From positions 1 to 64,000 of the IMG/VR virus record IMGVR_UViG_3300001460_000004: a DNA stretch of 64,000 bases. One strand, written 5' to 3'. The position numbers were made by a program, and so were the translations under genes. The notes beneath the pieces were generated by a model. The model had not been told where the DNA came from and searched no databases. It was given only the letters and a program-made list of their open reading frames with translations. Shown piece after piece: positions 54,137 to 64,000 of this stretch (within the stretch, counting starts at the first letter, position 1; the number at the start of each line of letters is the position of its first letter).

Positions 54137-55531
54137 CTAGTTAATTGTTACAATGGCCTCTACTAGGCCTATATTGTTTGAGGACTTACTTTCAAGTGCT
54201 CGGCCAATTACATTAAATGCCTTAGCTTCGTTCTTTCTCGCTGCTCTTGCCAATCCGTCACCGGCTGGCACAAGTCGATCGCCTTTGTTGATTGAACCTG
54301 CAACTTTTACAGGAACACGTCCTGTCATCGCTACAGGTGGATGTGTGTTGTCGTCACCTGCGCCAGCATTCATAAGATATGCAGCACTCGTACTTATCAC
54401 ACCAAATACTTTTTCGCTAAGTTCAATGGCACATTCGGTAATTTCTTTTTCTCCACCCAACATAACCACTGTTCCTGGCTCGTATACATCGTCTGATGCA
54501 AACCTTTCTGCAACGTCAGCATATTGAGCACTAGTACTGGTAGCAAATACAGTATTAAAATAACTACTGGCACTACCAATATTACCAACACCGTTACCGG
54601 CACTGTTAACAATTGCACTAGCAGCTGCATTTACATTAAGATTAAGTGCATTAGGAATGCTAACTTCAGTTGTGCTACCGTTAATAAAGATAGCATTGTT
54701 TGTAACTCCGCCATCGTTGACTCTAATAGCAACGTTAGCATCTTGTGTTACATTTGAAATTTGTACTTCGCTAGTTGCAGTGTTAACACTAATTTTAGCA
54801 TCTTGGTCTGCACCAACTGTAAGTCCTGTATCATTTAGTACTCCAAGTGTTCCCGAAGTGGTATCATTGGCATCGGATCTAAGGAACTGTGTACTATCTA
54901 AACTGTCAAGTAGTTGTGAATCTGTTGCTGTTCCTCTAAACAGTACACTACTTACACTACTGCTCAATTGCATGCCTGGGCCAATTGTTGAAAAACCTGT
55001 TATGGCTGGATTTGGAGTGAAAGTCGAATCCTTAGACATAATAGCAACAATTGAATCTTTAACATAAAATTGAATAATAACATGGTCTACTGCGGTATTA
55101 TCTGCTACTGTTGTAACAATTGCACCACTAGTACCTTGTCCACTTGAACTTGCAGGACCTACTAGAATAAATGCTGATCCGTTGTAGACTTTAAGTTGTT
55201 GGTTAGTTGTGTCAAACCAAAGATCACCAGCAACGTTGTTTGTGGGCTGGCTTGCACTTGCTGTACTAGCACTGATAACTTTGAAAATTGTACCATTATA
55301 AACTTTCATAACAGCGTTTGTGGTATCCCACCAAAGCTGTCCAGTTAGAGGTGCAGATGGGGCACTTGTATTTGCTCCACTTTCCAGCAAATGTATAAAG
55401 TTTTCATCTAAGAATTCTCCATACCCTGCGTAGTTTTTTCCCACAAGCACCATGCTTGAGGTTGTATTAATAGTACCGTCGGCAATTGTTGCAAACGTTG
55501 TACCATTAGTTAAATTAATTGTATATGCCAT
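54137..55531 (-). CDS. tail fiber protein with C-terminal intramolecular-chaperone (peptidase G2-like) domain
   Basis: LVGKNYAGYGE..ENF, GQLWWD repeats; YADVAERF...PGTVV..GVIST..AYLMN..GRVPVKV..KGDRLV. Confidence 0.8.
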   Translation of the reverse strand: MAYTINLTNGTTFATIADGTINTTSSMVLVGKNYAGYGEFLDENFIHLLESGANTSAPSAPLTGQLWWDTTNAVMKVYNGTIFKVISASTASASQPTNNVAGDLWFDTTNQQLKVYNGSAFILVGPASSSGQGTSGAIVTTVADNTAVDHVIIQFYVKDSIVAIMSKDSTFTPNPAITGFSTIGPGMQLSSSVSSVLFRGTATDSQLLDSLDSTQFLRSDANDTTSGTLGVLNDTGLTVGADQDAKISVNTATSEVQISNVTQDANVAIRVNDGGVTNNAIFINGSTTEVSIPNALNLNVNAAASAIVNSAGNGVGNIGSASSYFNTVFATSTSAQYADVAERFASDDVYEPGTVVMLGGEKEITECAIELSEKVFGVISTSAAYLMNAGAGDDNTHPPVAMTGRVPVKVAGSINKGDRLVPAGDGLARAARKNEAKAFNVIGRALESKSSNNIGLVEAIVTIN

Positions 55532-55587
55532 TTTGTTTCACTCCAGAAATTGCAATTGTATTTATCTTTATCTTAAACTACACATAT

Positions 55588-56187
55588 TTATACGGTACTT
55601 AAATCTGTTAGGGTTTGTATTCTCACAGTGTAATCTATCTGGATTTGTCTGTTTAAACTTTTTTGCACAGGATGGAAAATTACATGTGTTAATAGTAATT
55701 GATCTATTCCTGATCCCTGCCATGCTTTTAATCCTAATTCATCAAAAACATAATCACCGTTAAAATTGGTACTATTATCAAATGCCTGTTGACCAGTTGG
55801 TTCACCATAATCTAATAAACATGTTACCAACACATCAGTGTATACTTTACCTGATGTATGTAGTACTGTCAGCTTGTTTTGTGTTGGATCTGTATTAGCA
55901 GCTGAATTATCATCAACTACTTTTGAAAATGTTTGATTGTATAAATCAGCATTTTGTCCTGTTGTATTTGGTGGCAAGTATGTGATAACACCGGTTGGGT
56001 CAACACTACTACCACCATTGCCAAATGCCATAGTGTAAATATATCCAATGTTTCTATTGGCAATACTTTGAGCTAGAGCTTGACTAATATTTTCATAATG
56101 AATAGCGTTCTTTTTATCAACAAGAACCTCGCCATTGTTGGGATCAAATATTTTAACTTTCCCTTGTACTGCTACTGGAATTCTCAT
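55588..56187 (-). CDS. virion/baseplate structural protein
   Basis: MAFGNGG, LDYGEP, FDELGL, HVIFHPVQKSLNR; located in the structural block. Confidence 0.7.
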   Translation of the reverse strand: MRIPVAVQGKVKIFDPNNGEVLVDKKNAIHYENISQALAQSIANRNIGYIYTMAFGNGGSSVDPTGVITYLPPNTTGQNADLYNQTFSKVVDDNSAANTDPTQNKLTVLHTSGKVYTDVLVTCLLDYGEPTGQQAFDNSTNFNGDYVFDELGLKAWQGSGIDQLLLTHVIFHPVQKSLNRQIQIDYTVRIQTLTDLSTV

Positions 56188-56318
56188 GATCTCTGCTCCA
56201 CATATATTTCTTTGGTCTCGGGATCGAATATTTTCACAAAGGTGTCAACCTGTACGATACCTTTATCGTCAGGTTTTTTCTGCGGTTGATCCTTAACTGA
56301 TTCATCTGTCTTATTCAT
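56184..56318 (-). CDS. 44-aa late protein
   Basis: TATAAATA (56331-56324) 5 nt before the ATG; VKIFDP motif. Confidence 0.6.
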   Translation of the reverse strand: MNKTDESVKDQPQKKPDDKGIVQVDTFVKIFDPETKEIYVEQRS

Positions 56319-56334
56319 ATTGATATTTATACCA

Positions 56335-59300
56335 TTATGCATTACGTATAAACCTTGCTGCTTGAGTGTTTGTGTACTGTAAAGGAACACCATTGCTAGG
56401 TGTACTTCCACCATTCTTATACATTGTTTGTCCTTTGTCTACACCAACAACAACCTCTACTCCTACGCCTGGTGGTTGACTTAATACGCTACTATCGTCT
56501 TGGGTAGCATCTAGTCTTACACCTACTGGATTAGCAGTTGTAACTTGGAATTCAGTTGGTTTTAACTGTGTTCCGCCTACAAACACTATTACTGCCCCAT
56601 CAACTTCTGTACTATCACTTCCGACAATACTAATATCAGTAGTTACAAAATCTATAGTTGTTCCATCTCCTGTAAATTTTTGTTTATCAAATTTATTTTG
56701 ATAAGCAACTGGTAATTTGTTGCCAGTGCCAATTGATATTACTTTGTCTAATCTAGTGTGTGTAGCAGCGCCAGTTCCAGCTGTCCCTCGCCGAACTCCA
56801 CTAATAGTATTAAGTGTTGTATCTCGCTCCCGATAAGCAATACGTTCTCCATTAATCGTTACTAGCCCAAATATCCCGTTTGCAGGATCTGGTTGTGGTA
56901 GTTTACTAGCATCTGCAACATAAATTATATCATCAAGTGCAGTACACGGATTGGTTAATTCTGTATTTGTTTCTTCTATTATACGATACATCTGTTGTAA
57001 TTGTCTCATGTCTTGGAAAATTCTAAATCCAATTTCTTCTTGCACAGTTTCTTGTGTAAATGTTTCAATTACAACTACATCGTTGGTACTAATTGTAGGT
57101 CCACTTATTATAACATTAGTTCCGTCAGTTGTAAAGCCTTCATTTGCAAAAAGGTATCTGCCATTTAATGTTACAACCAATCGTATGGCATTAGTTAATG
57201 TTACTCCAGTGTTAAATCCATTGTTATATACAACTAATCCAGTGCTTTCATCAAATGAACCACTGTCGTATCCTGTGGCGTCGAACGCTACACTTACTGT
57301 TACACCTGTTTGATTTGGTCCTACAAAGATTTGAGTATACAAACTTTGTTCGCTAGTATCATTAAAGCTGGTAATACTTATTTTTTCGCCAGTTACTGGA
57401 AACAACCCTTGCGATGGTTGGAATACCAACTGTTGATCTGTAATCCAATACTGTGCTTTTGTTCTGACACTTATAAGAACTGTGCTGTTTGCAGTCGGGG
57501 CTGTAGTTAGTATTACTAATCTATTTTCAGCTGCAGGTTGAGAAACTAACCCAAGATCAATACTAACACTAACACTTGATGCAACTGATCCTAAATCTTC
57601 ACTTGCAGTTACAGCTCCGGTTACTAACCCAAAGTCAGCATCATTTGTAAATTCAGTTTGAGGTTCTAGTGTAAATCCTACACCTGCAACTAACTCAGTA
57701 TTGTCAACCCAAACACTCACATCATTTTGAGATACTAGTTGTAAATCGTAGTTGTCTCCTTGTGGAATTTGAAAGCCAGTAGTACTGCCATCGCCGGTGT
57801 AGCGTATACTTTCACTTGGTCGAGCACGACGACCATCTACATTAACAATAGCATTAGCAGAATTAGTTCCCATCATGCTGTTGGTTAAAGTTATGCTAAG
57901 ACTACCGTCGCTAATTAAATCTTGTGTCTGAGGAGTGCTCCAACTTTGTCCTGCTGTTAGAGGAGTGCCTAATACTGCAACAGTAATTCTATCAGTTGCA
58001 GTATACACTGTGTCAAAATCAATTCTACTAGTAGTAGTTGTTACTGCTACAACACTGTATGCTGTTGTTGGTACTCCATTTACAAATACTGCTACACTGG
58101 TTATAACGTTATTTCCAACTGGTACAAGTAATCCACTACCAGTTAAGTCACCGGTTGTTGTGTCTAAATACAACTGATTAGCGCCACCAAGGCCGTATAC
58201 TATAATTTTGATTACGTCACCATTGGCGCTTGCACTTCCTTGCAATGTAATCAAACGATCTATCCAGTTAATTGTATAATCTGTACCTAATTGTAAATTA
58301 GACTGAGATGTTTGATTGTATACTTCAAGATGGAATACTTCATCTAATAGCCCGTCCCAACTAACAACAACCAACCCACCTGATAATAGTGCGTTAACTT
58401 CTTTTGTTGGGAACCCGTGTCCGTTTCCTTCCCAGTCAGCACCGGGACTAGTGTGTACTCTAAAATCTAATGTGTCAAAATTTGCACCAGGTATTAATTC
58501 TTCTGGGGCATAAGAACTGTATGTGTCTACAAATCCATTGCTTTGTACATTGATGTCTGTAGCACGAGTACCTAAATAGCTGTCAGTAAATTGACTTTGA
58601 TACTCAACGTCAAGTATGCTTGGGTCATAACTTGGATTTCCAAGTTCATCAAATATAATATTATCAAAAGGAGTACTGTCAAATGCACTAACATCAAATC
58701 CTGTATTGCTACTAAAATTCAATCCTTCAACTTGTACACCTGGATAATCAAGTCCACTTATTACTAACGATAAATCTCTGCCTGGCATATCCACAGTGGG
58801 AGCATAGTATCCTTGTGTACGATCAATACCATTGAGGTCGCTTGCAGGTATAAGAGTCCATTGCTCTAAAATAAAAGTACTAGCACTAGTAGCAGTAATA
58901 CAGTTATAAACTTTGTTCAAGTAACGAACTCTGTCATTAACTGCATAAATTGTTCCGGATACCCAGTCAGTAATGTTGCTTGTATATTGATATCTGTCGT
59001 ATTTTACACTTACGTCAACATTTCTCACCATATTATTTGTGAGAACTGGTACACCAATTGCGCCACTACCGCTGCTACTACTAATGGTAACAGTTGGAGT
59101 TGTAATATATCCACTGCCTTCGGTTAATACAGTTATTCCAGTTACTTGTCCTGCACTGTTAATTATTGCTGTAGCTGTTGCATCTGTTGTTGCATCGCCA
59201 CTAATAGTGACAGTCGGAACACTACTGTATCCGCTGCCTGCTTCGGCAAGGGTTATGCTAGTGAGACTTAACTTATAGTTGTTAAACCATTGATTGTAAG

Positions 59301-62300
59301 GAAATTCAGTCCAAACTGTGTTGCTACTTGGTCTACTGCTTGTGGTACTAAGGGATCCGCCAGCAGTATTATCTAATACTGGACTAACAAACATTAATTC
59401 AGTTGTATCATACTCAGCTGGAAGATCAAAGTCAGCTAGACTTCCTAAGAAACTATCAATCCCTTGATATTGGAGATTAAATTCTCTAATTTGTACATGG
59501 TACGGCTTGACTTCTTTGATATAATTTAATACAAAGTCTTGATCATCTTGTCTATATGTTTTGTAAGGTATTAACTCACGTATCACATGATCTACATCAA
59601 CTAAACTGGTTTTGTCTAACCAGTCCGGTGAAGTTTGTTCACTAAACACATAATTAAACATTGTAATTAATAATTTGTTTCTTTGTATTAGTAAGTCACC
59701 AGTAAACAATTGTGTATTGAGAGCATCAATAATTTTTCTTGTTTCTGTGATCGGTGCTTGATCAAAATATTGTGCGTCAAAAACCTCAGCATCAAAACCA
59801 AATCTACTGGTACTATAGTCGTATATACTACTGCTAATTGCAATTGTGCCATCCTCAAGACCAACACGATTCCACACACTGTCCTCAAGTAAATAAATTT
59901 CCCATTTACCATCGCTGTTGGCTAGTACTTTTGCACTACTTCCTTCTGCAACATCTAGACTTGCTAGATTACTATAGTTTTGCACTTCAGCAATAATTCT
60001 AGTAGTTGTGGTATAACCTATGCGATACCAATCAATGTAGCTCCAGAAGTTTGTAGTGTCAAAATTTTGTACCCGAGTGAGGGATGTTTCTCTTTGTATA
60101 GTACTTCCAGTTACTAACTGAACTGTATATATTGTCCAAAGATTACTGTTGGTTTCATCAGTTGCAACTAGGTATTTGTAGCCCAAAGCTACATTGTTTA
60201 TGTTTTGGTATCCTAATTCTTCGTATGTAAGCAGACGTTTGTCGTACGCACTTGCATTTGGTTCAGGTTCTTTACTGTTCAATAATGCAAAACTTTTTGT
60301 TTCGCTAATTGGCATTGTTTTAAGTATACGATTGGACGCAACAATATAGTTTTGAAGAGCAGTAAATCTATTTTTAAACATGCTCTGGCGAGGACGTATT
60401 TGTATACCATATTTTTCAGCTTCAGGCAACAATGGATCAGGTACAGCTTGTCCTGCTGCCGTACTGCCTGATAAACTGTCAACAAACTTTGTGTACAATC
60501 TTGCATCTAAAAAGCTGTCAGCTTTGTCTTGTGTGATTAATTCATACTCTACATGAACTCGATTTGATGTTTCTTCTTTGTCAAATTCAATGTGTAATAT
60601 GGTATCTTGGGCATTTAAGTATTGTTGCGTATTATATATTGCAATTGTACTATTGTTAATGGGTGCCAGATATGCAATACCACTACTGCTTGGTGATAAA
60701 ATATAACTTTCTAAACTACTTGCACTGAGTGTTTTACTTGCATCTTTGTTTACTGCGGTAACAGAGCTTACCCAGAAGTAATACACAGTTTCAATAAAGC
60801 CACTTTGATTAACTTGATCAACACTCACATAGCTGGTTAAACTGTGAGGTACACCAGAGCCTGTCCAATTAGTTGGAGTGTCATTGCTGATAACCCAACT
60901 GTATACCCGAGCTATACTTCCTGGAAACAATGTTCCCCATTTTTTACTTGAATACACTGGATCGTTTTGATTAGGATCAATATATCTTAATACACTAGTA
61001 TCCCACCATAACTGCCCTACTTGTGCTTCTGCCCAACGCATACCGTTGTTGTTATATTGCCCATTATTGTAACTGGCTGGATCAATTCCACCAATATAAT
61101 CTATATTTTCGCTAATAACACCTAGCATTTTTCCTTGTAGTGGATCAAAATAATCGAGGTAAACATCTGTAGTATTATTAACAAAGTTATACATGCTAAC
61201 AGTGTTAAACAACGATATATCAACAGTGGGGCTTTGTATTCTTTTTTGATTCCACGCTGGTTTCTTGTCAGCATTTATAAATTGTAATACAACCCCAAAG
61301 TTTGCACTACTGCTATCGTCTCTATCACTCTTTGGTACGCCTACTAGTAGCGTACTACCTCTATAGTCAACGCTATAGCCATATTTGTCTAAACTTTCAA
61401 TATTTTCTGGGGTAAATTGTTGACCAAATACAAACTGATATGGATTGCTAACTGTAGCTTTATAAGGAGCTAGACTATCAAATTGATACACAACACCACT
61501 TTGAACAATTGTTGTATCAAAGCGTGTGCTGTTGTCATCAAATAATGTTTTATTGCTATCAAATGTGTTTGGTAGTATCAAATTTCCGTCAGGTGCACCT
61601 ACAATAAGTGTGTTTGTTTCAGTGTCAACACTTATATCAAATCCAAATTGTGAATACGGTTGAGGATTAGGTGCTTTAATAGTTTGTTGCCATACATACA
61701 AATCTATATCTAAATCAGCAAAGGCAGTACCTGTGCCTGGTAATACACTCAAGTTATCTAAATTATTTGTTATTGCTAAATCAGTTAATGTAAATGTAAT
61801 TCTACCACTTACTACTTTGATTACTGCATTATTAATTGGAGCTATGCTAAATGTTATTTGTTTTGTTGAGTTGTCATATGTGTATGCAACACCTGCTGTT
61901 TGTTCAACATCATTAACCAACACAACTGTATTGTATCCACTGGCATCACTGTAAATATTGCCAACCCCAAATACTGTTGTTGTACCATCGCCACTTAGTG
62001 TGGTATCGGCAGTTGCACTTACTACTAAATTTGGAATAGTTGCAGCTGTAATATCTGCTATTAATTGTGTAATAGTAGTTCCAGTTAATTGCACATAGTA
62101 TCCATTGATACTAATATAATCGCCAATTGTGAACGCAGGATTAGAAAACTTACTTGTTGCTGTTGAGTATGTGTTCATTTGGTTTGCCCAATACTCAACA
62201 GCTCCACTTTGTTCTTCTGTTGTTGAATCCATACGTGCGCCTACATATAAGCTACAATTTGTTCTGCAGTGATCTAAACTGTATCCAAACTCGCTTTTGA

Positions 62301-64000
62301 TTGTAGTATTTTTGCCTAATATAGTTTCAATAAGGGTAAATTGATTTGTCCCAATTTCAACAATATCACCTATTTGTAATGTCTGCGAAATTGTAGCTGT
62401 TTGTGTTGCTGTATTCAGTGTATATCCATTGCCAGTATTTAAATTTTGATTTGTTAGTGCAACATCGTTTACACTTACATTAACAATACCAGGTGCAGTC
62501 ATACTACTTATAGTTGTAAATGACTGATTTGCACCAGCAGTTGTTACAATAAATTTTTGACTGTTACGACTATACACATATGCACTGCCTTTGTTAGTGC
62601 TTGAATACGGTAACCCAACAACAAGAACACTTCCATCAGTACTTGCTGTTAAACTATGTCCAAAGTTATCTCCAACATCTAACCCACTTGGTGCAATAGT
62701 TTCGCTATAGTTCCAATAAGTTCCAGCATCTATCATAATAGTTGAGCCAGCTGCTGGAACTGTTAAAAATTCTAATTCATTTAACAAGGTAGCACTGTCA
62801 CTGTTGAATTCATAATCAATGTGTGGTCTTTGAATTTTGTCATCAACTTTAACAGTGAAACTGTATATGTCTCCAATTTGTGCAAAGTACTGATCTAATG
62901 GGAAAGTAATTTCTGTGCTTATGCCACTACCACTAGCAGTAAATCCAACAACTCCGGTTGTATCATTGACACTTGTTACTAGAATTTTTAGATCATGCGA
63001 GAATGTCAAGTTACCTGTTGGCGTAATACTTGGTGCTGCACTGGTTGTAATCTGTGTTGCACCATCGACGCTTACAACTGTTTGTCCACTTACAAAACCA
63101 TTGCCCGCAATAGTCATCCCTGCAACAATCCCAGTGGTGCTTCCAACAACTAGTGCTGTTCCACCATGAGAAGTATACGGAGTAACTATTGCGGCTGGGG
63201 GTGTACTGTCTACTGTGTCAATGTCAGCTTGTGCTATAGTAATAAGATCGTTTACTGCATAGCCTGTGCCTGCACTTGTTACTTCAACAGTGTAAACGCC
63301 TCGGACGTTGCTAACTAAAAATTTAGCACCATCACCAGTTCCAACTGTGTTTGTTCCTATGATCTTATTACTTCTGAATTGGTCTAGCTGAACACTAACA
63401 CGGCGTGTTATAATTAATTTTTGGTCAGCCGTTACGTTTTGGAAAACAATATCACTAGCAGTAATAGTATAATCTACATTAGGTATTTGTTCAATATTGT
63501 TTAACACCACTACCATTTGATAAATGTCTGTAGCACCTGTATCAACTTTTATATAGTTGCTCCAGTTGTAGTTAAACTGATTTTCAGTTGTTGTGTATGT
63601 TATTGTTTGCAATGCAACTGTTTCTTTTGCAAATGCATGCACACGATTTGCCCCTGGGCTACCTATAAACATCCAGTTTTCATCTAGTGCCATTAATACA
63701 CTTTGACCAAATTTACCCTCGCCAAAGTTTTGATCTGGGCTTACTAGTACTTGTTTTATAACCGGAGCGTTACTGCTAGCTGCTGTAAAAATAGTAGCAG
63801 CATATCCACTGTTGGTGTCGCTTTCTGGTGCACCTGCAATAGTCCATTCGCTATTACCGACATCTGCACTGGCGCCAAATTTACTTGTGCCAGTTGCATT
63901 TAATGTTATTTGATTAGCAAAACTATATGCATTATCTTGTGTACGTACATAAGTGTATAGAATACCGGGGTCTGTTGCCGTGTTGTTAGGATTATAATTA
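56335..64000 (-). CDS. giant (>2500 aa) baseplate/tail structural protein, 5'-truncated by the window edge
   Basis: Frame remains open upstream of 63693; FG-GAP-like propeller repeats (FG.S..L.VGAP), GDGTT..F repeats, YIKEVKPYH. Confidence 0.85.
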   Translation of the reverse strand, partial: NYNPNNTATDPGILYTYVRTQDNAYSFANQITLNATGTSKFGASADVGNSEWTIAGAPESDTNSGYAATIFTAASSNAPVIKQVLVSPDQNFGEGKFGQSVLMALDENWMFIGSPGANRVHAFAKETVALQTITYTTTENQFNYNWSNYIKVDTGATDIYQMVVVLNNIEQIPNVDYTITASDIVFQNVTADQKLIITRRVSVQLDQFRSNKIIGTNTVGTGDGAKFLVSNVRGVYTVEVTSAGTGYAVNDLITIAQADIDTVDSTPPAAIVTPYTSHGGTALVVGSTTGIVAGMTIAGNGFVSGQTVVSVDGATQITTSAAPSITPTGNLTFSHDLKILVTSVNDTTGVVGFTASGSGISTEITFPLDQYFAQIGDIYSFTVKVDDKIQRPHIDYEFNSDSATLLNELEFLTVPAAGSTIMIDAGTYWNYSETIAPSGLDVGDNFGHSLTASTDGSVLVVGLPYSSTNKGSAYVYSRNSQKFIVTTAGANQSFTTISSMTAPGIVNVSVNDVALTNQNLNTGNGYTLNTATQTATISQTLQIGDIVEIGTNQFTLIETILGKNTTIKSEFGYSLDHCRTNCSLYVGARMDSTTEEQSGAVEYWANQMNTYSTATSKFSNPAFTIGDYISINGYYVQLTGTTITQLIADITAATIPNLVVSATADTTLSGDGTTTVFGVGNIYSDASGYNTVVLVNDVEQTAGVAYTYDNSTKQITFSIAPINNAVIKVVSGRITFTLTDLAITNNLDNLSVLPGTGTAFADLDIDLYVWQQTIKAPNPQPYSQFGFDISVDTETNTLIVGAPDGNLILPNTFDSNKTLFDDNSTRFDTTIVQSGVVYQFDSLAPYKATVSNPYQFVFGQQFTPENIESLDKYGYSVDYRGSTLLVGVPKSDRDDSSSANFGVVLQFINADKKPAWNQKRIQSPTVDISLFNTVSMYNFVNNTTDVYLDYFDPLQGKMLGVISENIDYIGGIDPASYNNGQYNNNGMRWAEAQVGQLWWDTSVLRYIDPNQNDPVYSSKKWGTLFPGSIARVYSWVISNDTPTNWTGSGVPHSLTSYVSVDQVNQSGFIETVYYFWVSSVTAVNKDASKTLSASSLESYILSPSSSGIAYLAPINNSTIAIYNTQQYLNAQDTILHIEFDKEETSNRVHVEYELITQDKADSFLDARLYTKFVDSLSGSTAAGQAVPDPLLPEAEKYGIQIRPRQSMFKNRFTALQNYIVASNRILKTMPISETKSFALLNSKEPEPNASAYDKRLLTYEELGYQNINNVALGYKYLVATDETNSNLWTIYTVQLVTGSTIQRETSLTRVQNFDTTNFWSYIDWYRIGYTTTTRIIAEVQNYSNLASLDVAEGSSAKVLANSDGKWEIYLLEDSVWNRVGLEDGTIAISSSIYDYSTSRFGFDAEVFDAQYFDQAPITETRKIIDALNTQLFTGDLLIQRNKLLITMFNYVFSEQTSPDWLDKTSLVDVDHVIRELIPYKTYRQDDQDFVLNYIKEVKPYHVQIREFNLQYQGIDSFLGSLADFDLPAEYDTTELMFVSPVLDNTAGGSLSTTSSRPSSNTVWTEFPYNQWFNNYKLSLTSITLAEAGSGYSSVPTVTISGDATTDATATAIINSAGQVTGITVLTEGSGYITTPTVTISSSSGSGAIGVPVLTNNMVRNVDVSVKYDRYQYTSNITDWVSGTIYAVNDRVRYLNKVYNCITATSASTFILEQWTLIPASDLNGIDRTQGYYAPTVDMPGRDLSLVISGLDYPGVQVEGLNFSSNTGFDVSAFDSTPFDNIIFDELGNPSYDPSILDVEYQSQFTDSYLGTRATDINVQSNGFVDTYSSYAPEELIPGANFDTLDFRVHTSPGADWEGNGHGFPTKEVNALLSGGLVVVSWDGLLDEVFHLEVYNQTSQSNLQLGTDYTINWIDRLITLQGSASANGDVIKIIVYGLGGANQLYLDTTTGDLTGSGLLVPVGNNVITSVAVFVNGVPTTAYSVVAVTTTTSRIDFDTVYTATDRITVAVLGTPLTAGQSWSTPQTQDLISDGSLSITLTNSMMGTNSANAIVNVDGRRARPSESIRYTGDGSTTGFQIPQGDNYDLQLVSQNDVSVWVDNTELVAGVGFTLEPQTEFTNDADFGLVTGAVTASEDLGSVASSVSVSIDLGLVSQPAAENRLVILTTAPTANSTVLISVRTKAQYWITDQQLVFQPSQGLFPVTGEKISITSFNDTSEQSLYTQIFVGPNQTGVTVSVAFDATGYDSGSFDESTGLVVYNNGFNTGVTLTNAIRLVVTLNGRYLFANEGFTTDGTNVIISGPTISTNDVVVIETFTQETVQEEIGFRIFQDMRQLQQMYRIIEETNTELTNPCTALDDIIYVADASKLPQPDPANGIFGLVTINGERIAYRERDTTLNTISGVRRGTAGTGAATHTRLDKVISIGTGNKLPVAYQNKFDKQKFTGDGTTIDFVTTDISIVGSDSTEVDGAVIVFVGGTQLKPTEFQVTTANPVGVRLDATQDDSSVLSQPPGVGVEVVVGVDKGQTMYKNGGSTPSNGVPLQYTNTQAARFIRNA

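Noticed and set aside
1-64000. CRISPR array, introns, inteins, homing endonucleases, transposases
   Set aside because: No regularly spaced repeats or diagnostic motifs were seen; thyX and the other enzymes are uninterrupted.

Overview
The window is a fragment of a large, AT-rich, lytic tailed-phage genome (myovirus/jumbo type), probably marine. Phage evidence: tail and baseplate genes at 53-64 kb, T4-type late promoters (TATAAATA/TAAATA), thyX, mazG, a GH19 endolysin and a MoxR/vWA pair. The host is most likely an alphaproteobacterium (Rhodobacteraceae-like), judged from a two-piece alpha-type tmRNA with tag ANDNYAPAMAIAA, a pseudoazurin and an alpha-type porin. Three things stand out. (1) A ~25 kb enzyme island next to the tail genes (28.3-53.0 kb) encodes five N-terminal-twitch radical SAM enzymes, two amidinotransferases, a carbamoyltransferase, an NDP-sugar epimerase, a DegT aminotransferase, about seven glycosyltransferase-like proteins and an MTA/SAH nucleosidase. 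It looks like an uncharacterised pathway for a heavily decorated amino-sugar glycan. (2) A dispersed set of genes could override host stringent response and ribosome rescue: a small alarmone hydrolase, MazG, an RNA polymerase omega homolog lacking the N-terminal MAR ppGpp-contact motif, the tmRNA, a stand-alone Smr domain and a tRNA-Ser with an unusual ACT anticodon. (3) Several further accessory modules: a ferritin-like diiron/GATase/cupin operon; an SSS transporter/PP-loop/acyl-adenylate/acetyltransferase operon; a COX IV-like/pseudoazurin/DoxX trio; and a secreted Thr/Asn-repeat protein trio. All calls come from motif reading by eye; no database searches were run.
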